NCBI GenBank assembly: GCA_963814585.1
Contig: CAWFDF010000009.1
Span: forward strand, 160,001 to 224,000
Reading direction: 5' to 3'
DNA: 64,000 bases
Source of the DNA: an uncultured delta proteobacterium
GTDB lineage: Bacteria; Myxococcota; Myxococcia; Myxococcales; Anaeromyxobacteraceae
The notes under the pieces are model-generated. The model had not been told where the DNA came from and did not search any database. It saw nothing but the letters and a program-made list of their open reading frames with translations. Numbering within the stretch: position 1 is the stretch's first letter; each line of letters starts with the position of its first letter. The position numbers and the translations under genes are program-made. Below are positions 23,293 through 33,433 of the stretch, piece after piece.

Positions 23293-26200
23293 ATGCCCGG
23301 CCGCGACGACGGGACCGGCAGCAACTCGCCGGTCAGCCGCATCATCGAGTTCTGCGCCCGCAACCGGCTGCTGGTGCTGTTCGGGGTGGCGGTGGCCTGC
23401 GCCGGGTCGATCTGGTCGATCCGCCACGTCAAGCTGGACGCCATCCCCGACCTCTCCGACCCGCAGGTGATCGTCTTCACCGAGTGGATGGGCCGCTCGC
23501 CCACGCTGGTGGAGGACCAGGTCACCTACCCCATCGTCTCGGCGCTGGTCTCGGCGCCGCGGGTGGCCGACGTGCGCGGCTACTCGATGTTCGGGATGAG
23601 CTTCGTCTACGTCATCTTCGAGGAGGGGACCGACGTCTACTGGGCGCGCAGCCGCGTGCTCGAGTACCTCTCCTCGCTGCAGGCCCGGCTGCCGCCGGGG
23701 CGTGGCGCCGGCGCTCGGCCCCGACGCCACCGGGGTGGGCTGGGTGTTCCAGTACACGCTGGTGGACCGGAGCGGGCAGCACGACCTCGACGAGCTGCGC
23801 ACCTTCCAGGACTTCACGCTGCGCTACGCGCTGGGGAGCGTGCCGGGGGTGGCCGAGGTGGCCAGCGTGGGCGGCTACCAGAAGCAGTACCAGGTGACGG
23901 TCGACCCGGTCCGGCTGCGGGCCTACGGCGTCACGCTCGACGAGGTGGTCTCGCGCATCCGCGACTCCAACGACGACGTGGGCGGCCGGGTGGTGGAGAT
24001 GTCGGAGCGCGAGTACTACGTGCGCGGCCGCGGCTACGTGCAGCGGCTCTCCGACCTGGAGAAGGTGGCCATCCGCGCCAGCGGCCCCAACGGCGTGCCG
24101 GTGCTGCTGCGCGACGTTGGCCAGGTGCGCTTCGGCCCGGACATCCGGCGCGGCCTGCTGGAGTGGAACGGCGACGGCGAGGCGGTGGGCGGCATCGTGG
24201 TGATGCGCTACGGCGAGAACGCCCTCGACGTCATCGACCGGGTCAAGGCCCGGATCGAGGAGCTCCGGCCCGGCCTGCCGCCGGGGGTCACCGTGGAGGT
24301 GGCCTACGACCGCTCCGGGCTGATCCACCGCTCCATCGGCACGCTGGGGAAGGCGCTGCTCGAGGAGGGGATCGTGGTGGCGCTGGTGATCATCCTCTTC
24401 CTGCTCCACCTGCGCTCGGCGCTGCTGCCCATCCTCTCGATCCCGGTGGCGGTGGCGGTCAGCTTCATCCCCATGTACCTGCTGGACATCCCGGCCACCA
24501 TCATGAGCCTGGGCGGGCATCGCCATCGCCATCGGCGCCACGGTGGACGCCGAGATCGTGATGATCGAGGCCAGCCACAAGAAGCTGGAGCACGCCCCGC
24601 CCGGCGCCGACCGCCACCGGCTGCTGGCCGAGGCGGCCCGCGAGGTGACGCCGGCGCTGTTCTTCTCGCTGCTCATCATCGCGGTGGCCTTCCTGCCGGT
24701 GTTCACGCTGACCGGGCAGGCCGGGCGGCTCTTCACGCCGCTGGCCTGGACCAAGACCTTCGTGATGCTGTCGGCGGCGGTCCTCTCCATCACCTTCGCC
24801 CCGGCGCTGCGCGACCTGCTGATCCGCGGGAAGATCCGGCCGGAGGCGGAGCACCCGGTCTCGCGCTTCATCATCCGGCTCTACAAGCCCTTCGTCTTCG
24901 TGGCGCTGCGCCGCCCCAAGTCCACCGTGGCCATGGGGCTGCTGGCGGTGCTCTCGGCGGTCCCGCTGGCCTGGAAGCTGGGCTCGCGAGTTCATGCCGC
25001 CGCTCAACGAGGGCGACATGCTCTACATGCCGACCACCTTCCCCGGGCATCTCGATCGAGGAGGCCAAGCGGCAGCTGCAGCGCAGGACCGGGTGTTCCG
25101 CAGCATCCCCGAGGTGGAGACGGTGTTCGGCAAGGTGGGGCGCGCCGAGACCGCCACCGACCCGGCGCCGCTCACCATGGTGGAGACCACGGTGCGGCTG
25201 AAGCCGAAGGAGCAGTGGCGCAAGGGCCTGACCTGGGAGGCGCTGGTCGAGGAGATGAACGCCAAGATGCAGTTCCCGGGCTGGACCAACGCCTACACCA
25301 TGCCCATCAAGGCGCGGGTGGACATGCTCTCCACCGGCGTGCGCACGCCGGTGGGCGTCAAGGTGATGGGCACCAGCCTGGCCGAGATCGAGAAGATCGG
25401 CGTCGAGCTGGAGCACCTGCTGCGCCCCATCGCCGGGACCCGCAGCGTCTTCTACGAGCGCAACACCGGCGGCCTCTACCTCGACATCATCCCCGACCGC
25501 GACGCCATGGCCCGCTACGGGCTGACGGTGGGCGACCTCAACCGGGTGGTGGAGGCGGCCATCGGCGGCGCGCCGGTGGGCATCACCGTGGACGGCCGCA
25601 ACCGCTTCTCCATCAACGTCCGCTACCCGCAGGACCTGCGCAGCGACGTGGAGAAGCTGCGCCGGCTGCTGGTCCCGGTGGGCGGCGGCGGGGCGCGCGG
25701 CGGCGGCATGGGCGGCAAGACCGGCGCGCTCGGGCCGGAGCGCTTCCCCGAGGTGCTGCTGGCGCAGGGCATGGGGATGGGCGGCGTGCCGGCGGGCGAC
25801 GGGAATCGGCCACCGGGCGACCCCGGCGGCACCGCCACCGACGCGCCCGGCCTGGGGCTGGTGGGCCCGGCGACCGGCCCGGCCAGCGCCGCCTTCGTGC
25901 CGCTCGGCCAGGTGGCCGAGGTGCGCATCGCCAGCGGACCGCCCATGATCCGCGACGACGGCGGCCTGCTGGTGGGCTTCGTCTACGTGGACATCGACAC
26001 CGCGCAGCGCGACGTGGGCGGCTACGTCAACGAGGCCAAGGAGGTGGTGCGGCGGGCCCAGGAGAGCCGGCAGCTCACCATGCCGACCGGCTACCTGCTC
26101 AAGTGGACCGGCCAGTACGAGCTGATGGAGGAGATGGCGGAGCGGATGCGCATCGTCGTCCCGCTGACGCTGCTGCTGATCGTGCTGCTGCTCTACCTGA

Positions 26201-26916
26201 ACTTCCGCAACTTCACCGAGGTGCTGATCGTCCTGCTCTCGATCCCGTTCGCGCTGACCGGCAGCGTCTGGCTGATGTGGGCGCTCGACTACCACCTCTC
26301 GACGGCGGTCTGGATCGGCATCATCGCGCTGGTGGGGCTGGCGGCCCAGACCGGCGTCGTGATGATCGTGTACATCGACAACGCCTACGAGCGGCGGCGC
26401 GCCGCCGGCAAGATCCGCGACCTCTCCGACATCATCTGGGCGCACATGGAGGGGACGGTGCAGCGGGTGCGGCCCAAGCTGATGACGGTGGCCACCATGC
26501 TGGCCGGCCTGATCCCGCTGCTGTGGGCCACCGGCTCGGGCGCCGACGTGATGAAGCGGATCGCCGCCCCCATGGTGGGCGGCCTGCTCACCAGCGCCTT
26601 CCTGACGCTGGAGATCATCCCGGTCATCTACACCTACTGGCGGCAGGAGCAGGTGCTGTTCGAGCGGCTGGCCGAGCTGGACGCGCCGCTGCTGCGGCGG
26701 CTGAGGCGCCTCTCGGTGGTGCAGAAGGCGGCCTGGGCGGCGCTGGCCTTCACGGGCGCGACGGCGTTCTACGTCACCGCGCCGGCGTGGACGTTCTGGC
26801 TGGCGGCCGCGGCGGCGCTGGCGGTGGCGCTGGGCGGCGCGGCGGCCTACCTGCGGGCGCGGCCGGCGGCGAAGCGGCTGGTGTGGCCGGGCGCGGTGAG
26901 GGTGGCGGCGCGCTGA
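23293..26916 (+). CDS. cusA: CusA/CzcA heavy-metal RND permease, frameshifts near 23700, 24515, 24988 and 25045-25085
   Basis: LDAIPDLSDPQVIV, GPDATGVGWVFQY, MPPLNEGDMLYMPTT, TDPAPLTMVET, RPKLMT, GADVMKRIAAPMVGG. Confidence 0.92.
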
Positions 26917-26988
26917 GCGGCCCGCGGAGCGGCCGGCCAGGCGGAAGGGAGCACGGGCCGCCGGGCCGGGTCCGGGCCTGGTCCTGAC

Positions 26989-28762
26989 CTACCCCCGCAG
27001 CACCTGGCGCTCCACCAGCCGGGCGTAGGCGCCGCCGCGGCCCACCAGCACGGCGTGGCGGCCGGCCTCGACCACCCGGCCGCCGTCGATCACCACCACC
27101 CGGTCGGCGCCGACCACGGTGGAGAGCCGGTGGGCGATGACGATGGAGGTGCGGCCGCGCATGAGCCGGGAGAGGGCCTCCTGCACCAGCGCCTCCGACT
27201 CGGCGTCGAGGGCGCTGGTGGCCTCGTCGAGCAGGAGCAGGCGCGGATCCTTGAGGATGGCGCGGGCGATGGCGACCCGCTGCTTCTGGCCGCCGGAGAG
27301 CTGCTGGCCGCGCTCGCCCACCTTGGTGGCGAGGCCGTCGGGGAAGCCGAGCACGAACTGCAGGGCGTTGGCGTTGGCCAGGGCGTCGCGCACCTCGGCG
27401 TCGGCTGGCGCCGGGGCGGCCGTAGCGGACGTTGTCGGCGATGGTGGTGGAGAAGAGGACCGGCTCCTGCGAGACCACGCCCACCTGGGAGCGGAGCCAG
27501 GAGGGGTCGAGGTCGCGCAGATCGACGCCGTCGAGGGTGAGCCGGCCGGCGGAGGGGTCGTAGAGCCGGACCAGCAGCGAGCCGAGGGTGGACTTGCCGG
27601 CGCCGGAGGGGCCGACCAGCGCCACCACCTCGCCGGGCTCGACGGCGAGGTCGACGCCGTGCAGCACCTGCAGGTCGGGGCGGGCCGGGTAGCTGAAGCG
27701 GACGCCCTCGTAGGCGAGCCGGCCGGCGACGCGCTCGAGGCGGCGGCCGCCGCGCAGCGACATGGCGGGGGCGCGGTCGATGAGCTCGAAGACGCGCTCG
27801 GCGGCGCCGAGGCCGCGCATGGCCTCGGCCCAGAGGTCGGCCAGGGTGCCGAGCCCCATGGCGATGAGCAGGGTGTAGACGAGGAAGGCGGTGAGGGCGC
27901 CGGCGGTCATGTCGCCGGCGGCCACCAGCGAGCCGCCGTAGCCGAGCACCACGGCGATGGCGCCGTAGATGCCGGCGTAGGCCGCGCCCATGAAGACGGC
28001 GCCGGCGCCGGCGCGGGTGCGGGCCAGGCCGAAGGCCTTCTGCACGGCGGCGCCGTAGCGGGCGTCCTCGGCGTCCTCGGCGGCGAAGGCGCGGACGGTG
28101 CGGATGGCGGAGAGCGACTCCTCGGCGACGTGGCCGGCGTCGGCGAGGGCGTCCTGCGAGAGGCGCGACAGGCCGCGGATCTTGCGGCCGTAGAAGACGG
28201 CGCCGAAGGCGACGGCGGGGATCACCGAGAGCATCACGGCGGTGAGCCGGGGCGAGGTGTAGACGAGCAGCGCCAGGGCGCCGACCACCTGCACGGCGTT
28301 GCGCAGCGTCATGGAGAGCTGCGAGGAGAGCAGGCCCTGCAGCGACGCGGTGTCGGAGGCGAGGCGCGACTGCAGGTCGCCGGTGCGCTGGCCGTCGAAG
28401 AAGGCGATCTCCTGGGAGACCAGCGAGTGGAAGAGCTGCTCGCGGACGCGCTTGACGCCGCGCTCGCCGGCCAGGGCGAAGAGCCAGGCGCGGCCGGCCA
28501 CGGCCAGCCCCTGCAGGACGGCCAGGGCGCCCATGAGCAGGGCGGCGTTGCGCACGGTGATGACGTCGCGGCCGGCGGTGGCGCCGTCGACGATGATGCG
28601 GATGCCCTGCGGATAGGCGAGCGCGGCCAGCGAGCCGAGCAGGAGCAGGGCGGTGGCGCCGAGCAGCACCGGCCACTCCTCGCGGAAGAGCGGCCAGATG
28701 CGGCGCAGCGAGGCGCGGGGCTCGACGGCGGGGGCGCGGGAGGGGGCGTCGGGGGAGGACAC
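26989..28762 (-). CDS. ABC exporter, fused TMD+NBD (MsbA/ABCB type), frameshift near 27405
   Basis: [38 protein letters not shown] at 28762 with GGAAGGAGG RBS. Confidence 0.92.
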
Positions 28763-28773
28763 GGGCCTCCTTC

Positions 28774-28959
28774 CTAACGCGGGACGGGGCGGGGCGCTCC
28801 GGGCCGTTCGCGAAGCCGCCGCGCCTCCTCGGCCCGCAGGGCGAAGGTCCGCGCCTGCCACAGCCAGTCCAGCCGCTGCCGGGGCGTGAGGCGCAGCCAG
28901 GCGCGGCGCTGGTCTCGCTCGTGCTCCAGCCAGGCCGCCTCGGCCGAGGGGTCAGCCAT
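28774..28959 (-). CDS. Small protein coupled to the nucleotidyltransferase (putative TA partner)
   Basis: 61 aa, LTPRQRLDWL helix, 8-nt overlap with the upstream NTase gene. Confidence 0.6.
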   Translation of the reverse strand: MADPSAEAAWLEHERDQRRAWLRLTPRQRLDWLWQARTFALRAEEARRLRERPGAPRPVPR

Positions 28960-29458
28960 GCTGCGGCTCCCTGGCGATCGCCTCGAGCACCCGGATGTCC
29001 TCCAGGTCCTTCGGCCGGCCCGCCACGCGCTTGAGCGCGACCAGGTCCTCGATGCTCGCCACCGGAACCCTCACCCCGCCGAGGTCGGCGAAGGTGGCGC
29101 GGGCCCAGGCGTCGCCGAACGGGAACGGCTCCCGCACGAACAGGTCGATCTCGGTGGCGGGGTGCTGCGGGCTCCAGAGCGTGAAGACGGTGAGCCCCTT
29201 CTCGTCGATCCAGCGCTGCCGCTCCGCGGGGTCCGCGAAGAGGGCGCCCTCGACCGGCGCCCGCGGCCGGTAGCCGAGCCCGGCCAGGGCGTCGATGGCC
29301 TTGCGGGCGTTCCCGGGATCGAGCGCCACCACGAGGTCGAGGTCGGCGGTGAAGCGCGGGTGACCGTGCAACACCACCGCCACCCCGCCCACCACCAGGT
29401 AGCGGACGCTGCCGCCCTGCAGCACGCCGAAGATGAGGTCGAAGTCGCCCGCGCTCAC
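28952..29458 (-). CDS. Pol-beta-fold nucleotidyltransferase (DUF6036/AbiEii-like)
   Basis: YLVVGGVAVVLHGHPRFTADLDL and LVALKRVAGRPKDLEDI motifs. Confidence 0.82.
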   Translation of the reverse strand: MSAGDFDLIFGVLQGGSVRYLVVGGVAVVLHGHPRFTADLDLVVALDPGNARKAIDALAGLGYRPRAPVEGALFADPAERQRWIDEKGLTVFTLWSPQHPATEIDLFVREPFPFGDAWARATFADLGGVRVPVASIEDLVALKRVAGRPKDLEDIRVLEAIAREPQHG

Positions 29459-29517
29459 GGCGGCAGCGTAGCAGAGGGACCAGGACCGGGCGATCCTCGG
29501 GCCCCTCCTCGGCCCCC

Positions 29518-29961
29518 TCACCCCCACCAGGCGCGCTGGTAGTCGTCGAGGCCCCGGTCGATGAGGGCGAGGGCCTGCTCGAAGGCGCGCCGGCCGTGGC
29601 GGTAGGGATCGGGGACGTCGAAGCCGCCGTAGGCGCCGAGCCGGTGGACGCGCCCGCGGGCCGCCGGCGCCAGCAGCTCCAGGTGGCGCTGCTGGGCGGT
29701 CTCCATCACCAGGATGAGCCCGGCGGCGGCGAGCAGCTCCGGCGTGACCTGGCGGGACCGGTGGGCGGAGAGGTCGAGCCCGCGATCGGCCAGCAGGGCG
29801 ACCGCCAGGGGATTGGCCGGCCGGCCCGGCGGGGCGGCGAGGCCGGCGGAGGAGACGGCCAGCCCGGGGCGCAGCGCGGCCAGGCGGGCGCGGAGCAGGG
29901 TCTCGGCCATGGGGCTGCGGCAGATGTTGCCGGTGCAGAGGACGAGGACGGGGGAGGTCAT
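29518..29961 (-). CDS. wzb: Low-molecular-weight protein tyrosine phosphatase
   Basis: CTGNICRSPMAE P-loop and DVPDPY; cognate Wzc kinase lies at the other end of the locus. Confidence 0.88.
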   Translation of the reverse strand: MTSPVLVLCTGNICRSPMAETLLRARLAALRPGLAVSSAGLAAPPGRPANPLAVALLADRGLDLSAHRSRQVTPELLAAAGLILVMETAQQRHLELLAPAARGRVHRLGAYGGFDVPDPYRHGRRAFEQALALIDRGLDDYQRAWWG

Positions 29962-29980
29962 GGCGGGCCGGCGGGCCCGG

Positions 29981-30112
29981 GCGGTGCGGGCCGGAGCTCA
30001 CGGCCGCGGCTCCGGCGGACCCGGGCGGTGCGGGCCGGAGCCTCACGACCGCGGCTCCGGGGGACACTTGCGGTGCGGGCCGGAGCGTCACGGCCGCGGC
30101 TCCGGCGGGACC
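29981..30112. repeat. Three 44-45 bp tandem palindromic repeats
   Basis: GCGGTGCGGGCCGGAGC..TCACG(G/A)CCGCGGCTCCGG at 29981, 30025 and 30070; each has CCGGAGC/GCTCCGG arms. Confidence 0.9.
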
Positions 30113-30525
30113 AGCGCGAAGCCGAGCGCCGCCGCGTTCCGGCGCACGCGATCGTCGCAGCTGATCACCTCCAGGCCGCCCAGCTCGGCGTCGAGGACGC
30201 GCAGCGAGGCGAGGTGGATGGCGTCGAGCGAGCGGACGGGCTCGACCGGCAGCTCCTCGCGGGCCCGGCGGAGCACCTCGTCGTCCATGGCGACGACGTC
30301 GCAGGAGCGCTCGAAGGCGGCGAGCAGCCGCTGCGCCTCCCGGGCCGAGCGGGCGTCGAGGCGCCGCTCGCGCCGGGCGCGGGAGATGGCCCGCGCCGCC
30401 TCCACGAACGTGAGGGCCGAGGTGACCAGCCCCTGGCCGGAGAGCGCGGGGCGCAGGGCCTGGTCGCCGTCGAGCAGCACGCGCAGCAGGGCGCTGGTCT
30501 CGACGTAGCGGAGGCGGCTCGTCAC
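30088..30525 (-). CDS. vapC: PIN-domain toxin
   Basis: YVETSALL, SALTFVEA, RSLDAIHLAS, SCDDR. Confidence 0.88.
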   Translation of the reverse strand: MTSRLRYVETSALLRVLLDGDQALRPALSGQGLVTSALTFVEAARAISRARRERRLDARSAREAQRLLAAFERSCDVVAMDDEVLRRAREELPVEPVRSLDAIHLASLRVLDAELGGLEVISCDDRVRRNAAALGFALVPPEPRP

Positions 30526-30818
30526 TCCTCGCGCTCCGAGGCGAGCAGCTCTGCGGAGGTGCCGTGCTCGAGCCGGACCAGCGGCGCCGCGCCCCAGTCC
30601 AGGGAGCCGGGCGCCGCGGCGGGGCGGAGGAGGCCGCGATCGACGAGGCGCCGGTAGCGGAGGTCGGCGGGAGAGGCGAGGCGGTCGCCGGCGCCGGGTG
30701 GCCGCAGCTCGGCCACGACGCGGCCGCGATCGGTGACGAGCACGACGTCGCCGCGCGCCACGTCGCGCAGGTAGCCGCTGAGGTGGGCCTTGAGGTCGCG
30801 GACGCCGGCGGTCTTCAT
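30522..30818 (-). CDS. Phd/YefM-type antitoxin
   Basis: MKTAGVRDLKAHLSGYLRDVARGDVVLVTDRGRVVAEL; 4-nt overlap with vapC. Confidence 0.9.
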   Translation of the reverse strand: MKTAGVRDLKAHLSGYLRDVARGDVVLVTDRGRVVAELRPPGAGDRLASPADLRYRRLVDRGLLRPAAAPGSLDWGAAPLVRLEHGTSAELLASEREE

Positions 30819-30824
30819 GACGTC

Positions 30825-30853
30825 GATGTAGTCACGCGGGACTACATTGTCAA
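30825..30853 (-). promoter_or_regulatory. sigma70 promoter with palindromic operator for phd-vapC
   Basis: TTGACA-N17-TACATC, 6 nt before the ATG; perfect inverted repeat ATGTAGTC-N6-GACTACAT at 30826-30847. Confidence 0.8.
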
Positions 30854-32663
30854 GGCGGGGGGAGGCTGGCGCGCCGGCCCGCGCAGCGGCCCTCCCCCGG
30901 CGGCGCGGAAGCTCCAGCGGAGGCGGTGGGGCGCGGCGCCGGCGACGCGGAGGTAGCCGGCGTGGATGCCGTGGAGGTGGTGGGCGGCGCAGAGGCTGAC
31001 CAGGTTGGCGGGCGCGTCGTCACCGCCGTGCGAGCGGAACTGGACGTGGTGGACGTGGAGCGCGGCGCGGCTGCAGCCTGGGACCTGGCACCAGCCCCGA
31101 TCGCGGTCGAGGACGCGCCGCTGCAGGGTGTTCCGCTCGGCCAGGACGGGCTTCCAGGTGGCGAGGAAGTGCTCGGCGACCGCCTCGAGCGCCTCGTCCG
31201 GGGTGATGAAGCGCCCGGCGGCCGCCCTGGCCGCCCGGAGCGCCAAGTCGAGGAGCACCATGACCCGGGAGGGGAGCCGGAAGGAGACCTGGCCCCGCGC
31301 GCACACCTGCGCCTCCTCCTCGGCCTGGGCCTCGCGGGCCAGGGCGATGCAGGGGAGGCGGGCGGCGCGCTCGAGCCAGGCGTCGAGCGTGCGCTCGGTG
31401 GCGTGGGACGCGACGATGCGGGCCTTCTCGTAGCTGATCCGCCCCTCGCGCATGGCGGTGCGCAGGCCGGGCAGCCAGTAGAGCCGGCGCTCCAGGGCGG
31501 CGCGCTGCTCGACGGCGCGGCCGGACATCCCGAGCCGCTCGGCGCAGTAGTGATCGAAGGTGACGAACTGCATGTCGCGCCAGACGCCGACCTGCAGCAG
31601 GAGCATGGCGAGGTGGCCGAGGAGGTCGTCCCAGCGGGAGCGCAGGTCGCGGAGCCGGCGCAGGTCGGCGTCGAGGCGGGCGAGATCGAGGGCAGGGGCA
31701 GGCGCCACCACGCCGGATCGCGCCAGCGCCGGATCGACCGTCACCGAAGCGACCGATCGACGAGTCGATCGCCGATGAGCGGTCCGCCGCCGGATCGCCT
31801 GCCTGCGAGGCGCACGCCGGGGAAGCCGCGGCCACCTCGCCGCCGGGCACCATCCCCGGCTCCGGGTCGTAGCAGGTGAGGAAGGACCACTGGTGGTGCT
31901 GCTGCTCCAGCCAGGCCTTGAGCTCCTCGAGCGGCTTGCCGACGGGGGCGTGGTCGAGCAGCTGGCCGGGCCGCCCGGCGGGCTCCTCGCCCGCGGCCGG
32001 GTGCGCGCCGAGGTACTCCTGGCAGACCGCCTCGAGCCGCTGCCAGGTGGGGGCCGCCGCGCCGAGCAGCTTGCCGGCGAGCGAGAGGGCCTCGTCGAGC
32101 TTCTCCCGCCCCTCGGGCCGGACGGCCAGGGTGGTCCGCTCCCAGCGCTCCTCGTCCGCCTCGCCGCCGTCGTCGCCCAGCGCCTCCCGCACGCCGGCCG
32201 CGAGCGACCGGACGGTCTCGACCCTGGCGCGCTCCACCCAGGCCGCCTCCGACTCGCCGCGGGCGACGGCGACGATGGTCTCGGCCTTGCGCGGGCTCAC
32301 CGCGCCGGTGCGGACGGCCTGGCGCAGCAGCGGCCGCTCCGCGAGGTGGCGCGACAGCCGCTCGAGCTTCTGGGCGGTGCTGCCGGCGATGCCGAGCCGC
32401 TCGCGCGCGTAGTCGCCGAGGCAGGAGAAGCCGAGGCGCAGGAGCCGGTCGCCGACGGTGAGCGAGGCCAGGCCGTCGCCCACCGCCAGGTCGATGGCGC
32501 CGCGGCCGCGCGCCACCCGGACCAGCAGGCCGTCGAGCAGGAAGGCGGCCTCGTCGCGCAGCACCCCCCCGAGCTCGTGGGGCATGAGCGGCTCGAGCGT
32601 GCGGGCCACGCCGGCGATCGACTCGAGGTCGTCGCCCGGCGGGAGGTGGAGTGCTCGGCTCAT
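30842..32663 (-). CDS. HNH endonuclease with duplicated DUF222-like N-terminal domains, frameshift near 31750-31800
   Basis: RDRGWCQVPGC..HVHHVQFRSHGG..NLVSLCAAHH..IH; two copies of the F..Y..ERLG...G.(V/I)S..KA...W.ERA module. Confidence 0.85.
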
Positions 32664-32692
32664 GCATCGAGCAATTATCACCAAGCGCGGTA

Positions 32693-32709
32693 CCTGAACA
32701 GATGTATCG
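32693..32709 (-). promoter_or_regulatory. Myxococcus-type LexA (SOS) box upstream of the HNH gene
   Basis: Minus strand CGATACATCTGTTCAGG matches CTRHAMRYBYGTTCAGS at 16/17; lies in the -35 region of a TGGTGATAAT extended -10. Confidence 0.72.
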
Positions 32710-32872
32710 TACAGGGGCCCCAAGAGGGGCGGAACCTGCTGGCGCGGCCGGCCCACGGGGCGACACGGATCCAGCAGCTCACCGGCGCACGACGACAGCC
32801 GTCTCAGCACTGCGCGTTCCTCTCGTCCGGCTCGGCTGGGCGAGGTGTTTCGCGGCTGGTAAAATCGAACAG

Positions 32873-33160
32873 ATGGTCCTGGCCCCCACCACCTTGATTC
32901 CGCTGGCTCGCAAGTACCTGTGGTGGAAGTCACCTGAAGAGGCGGTCGCCTCCCCGGAGCGGTTGATCGCCCAGGTCATGGACATCGGCGACTTCGCGGA
33001 CGTCTCGGCGCTGGCAGCACAGGTCGGGGATGAGGTCTTGCGCGACGTGCTGCTGCACGGCGAGGCCGGCCAGGTCAGCGATCGCTCCTGGACCTACTGG
33101 CACTACCGGCTCGGACTCGCCAGGGTCGGCGAGCGGCGCGCCCTCACCATTACTGTCTAG
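32873..33160 (+). CDS. Hypothetical protein, antitoxin-like (KYLWWK...QVMDIGD...SWTYWHYRL)
   Basis: Extended -10 TGGTAAAAT 7 nt before ATG 32873; aromatic-rich pattern recalled from small proteins beside AbiEii-type NTases. Confidence 0.6.
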   Translation: MVLAPTTLIPLARKYLWWKSPEEAVASPERLIAQVMDIGDFADVSALAAQVGDEVLRDVLLHGEAGQVSDRSWTYWHYRLGLARVGERRALTITV

Positions 33161-33165
33161 TCGCC

Positions 33166-33200
33166 TTGACAGTTCGGTCGCATGGGGATAGCGTCCATGC
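33166..33200 (+). promoter_or_regulatory. sigma70 promoter and operator for hicAB
   Basis: TTGACA(33166)-N17-TAGCGT(33189); GCATGG/CCATGC inverted repeat brackets the -10. Confidence 0.75.
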
Positions 33201-33201
33201 C

Positions 33202-33423
33202 ATGAAGGCGCGAGAGATGCTGACCATCCTGCGCCGGCTTGGGGCCACCGAGCGGCCCGGCAGGGGCTCGCACATTCGCTTCACCATCGGCGCCTGCAAC
33301 ACCACGGTGCCGAACCACAAGGGCGAGGACCTGAAGACCGGGACGCTCCACGCCATCGAGGCCAGCCTCGAGCCCTGCCTGGGCAAGGACTGGCTCAAGA
33401 AGATCATCCGGGAGGGGAAGTAG
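33202..33423 (+). CDS. hicA: HicA mRNA interferase toxin
   Basis: GRGSH, TTVPNH..DLKTGTLHAI. Confidence 0.9.
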   Translation: MKAREMLTILRRLGATERPGRGSHIRFTIGACNTTVPNHKGEDLKTGTLHAIEASLEPCLGKDWLKKIIREGK

Positions 33424-33433
33424 GAGGCACACG

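Noticed and set aside
23293..28762. cusA and ABC exporter as pseudogenes or programmed frameshifts
   Set aside because: Single-base shifts in GC runs occur throughout the window while motifs and codon bias are intact; sequencing indels are the simpler explanation
32864..32880. Second LexA box sharing GAACAGATG with the HNH box
   Set aside because: Only about 11/17 consensus match with both outer ends wrong
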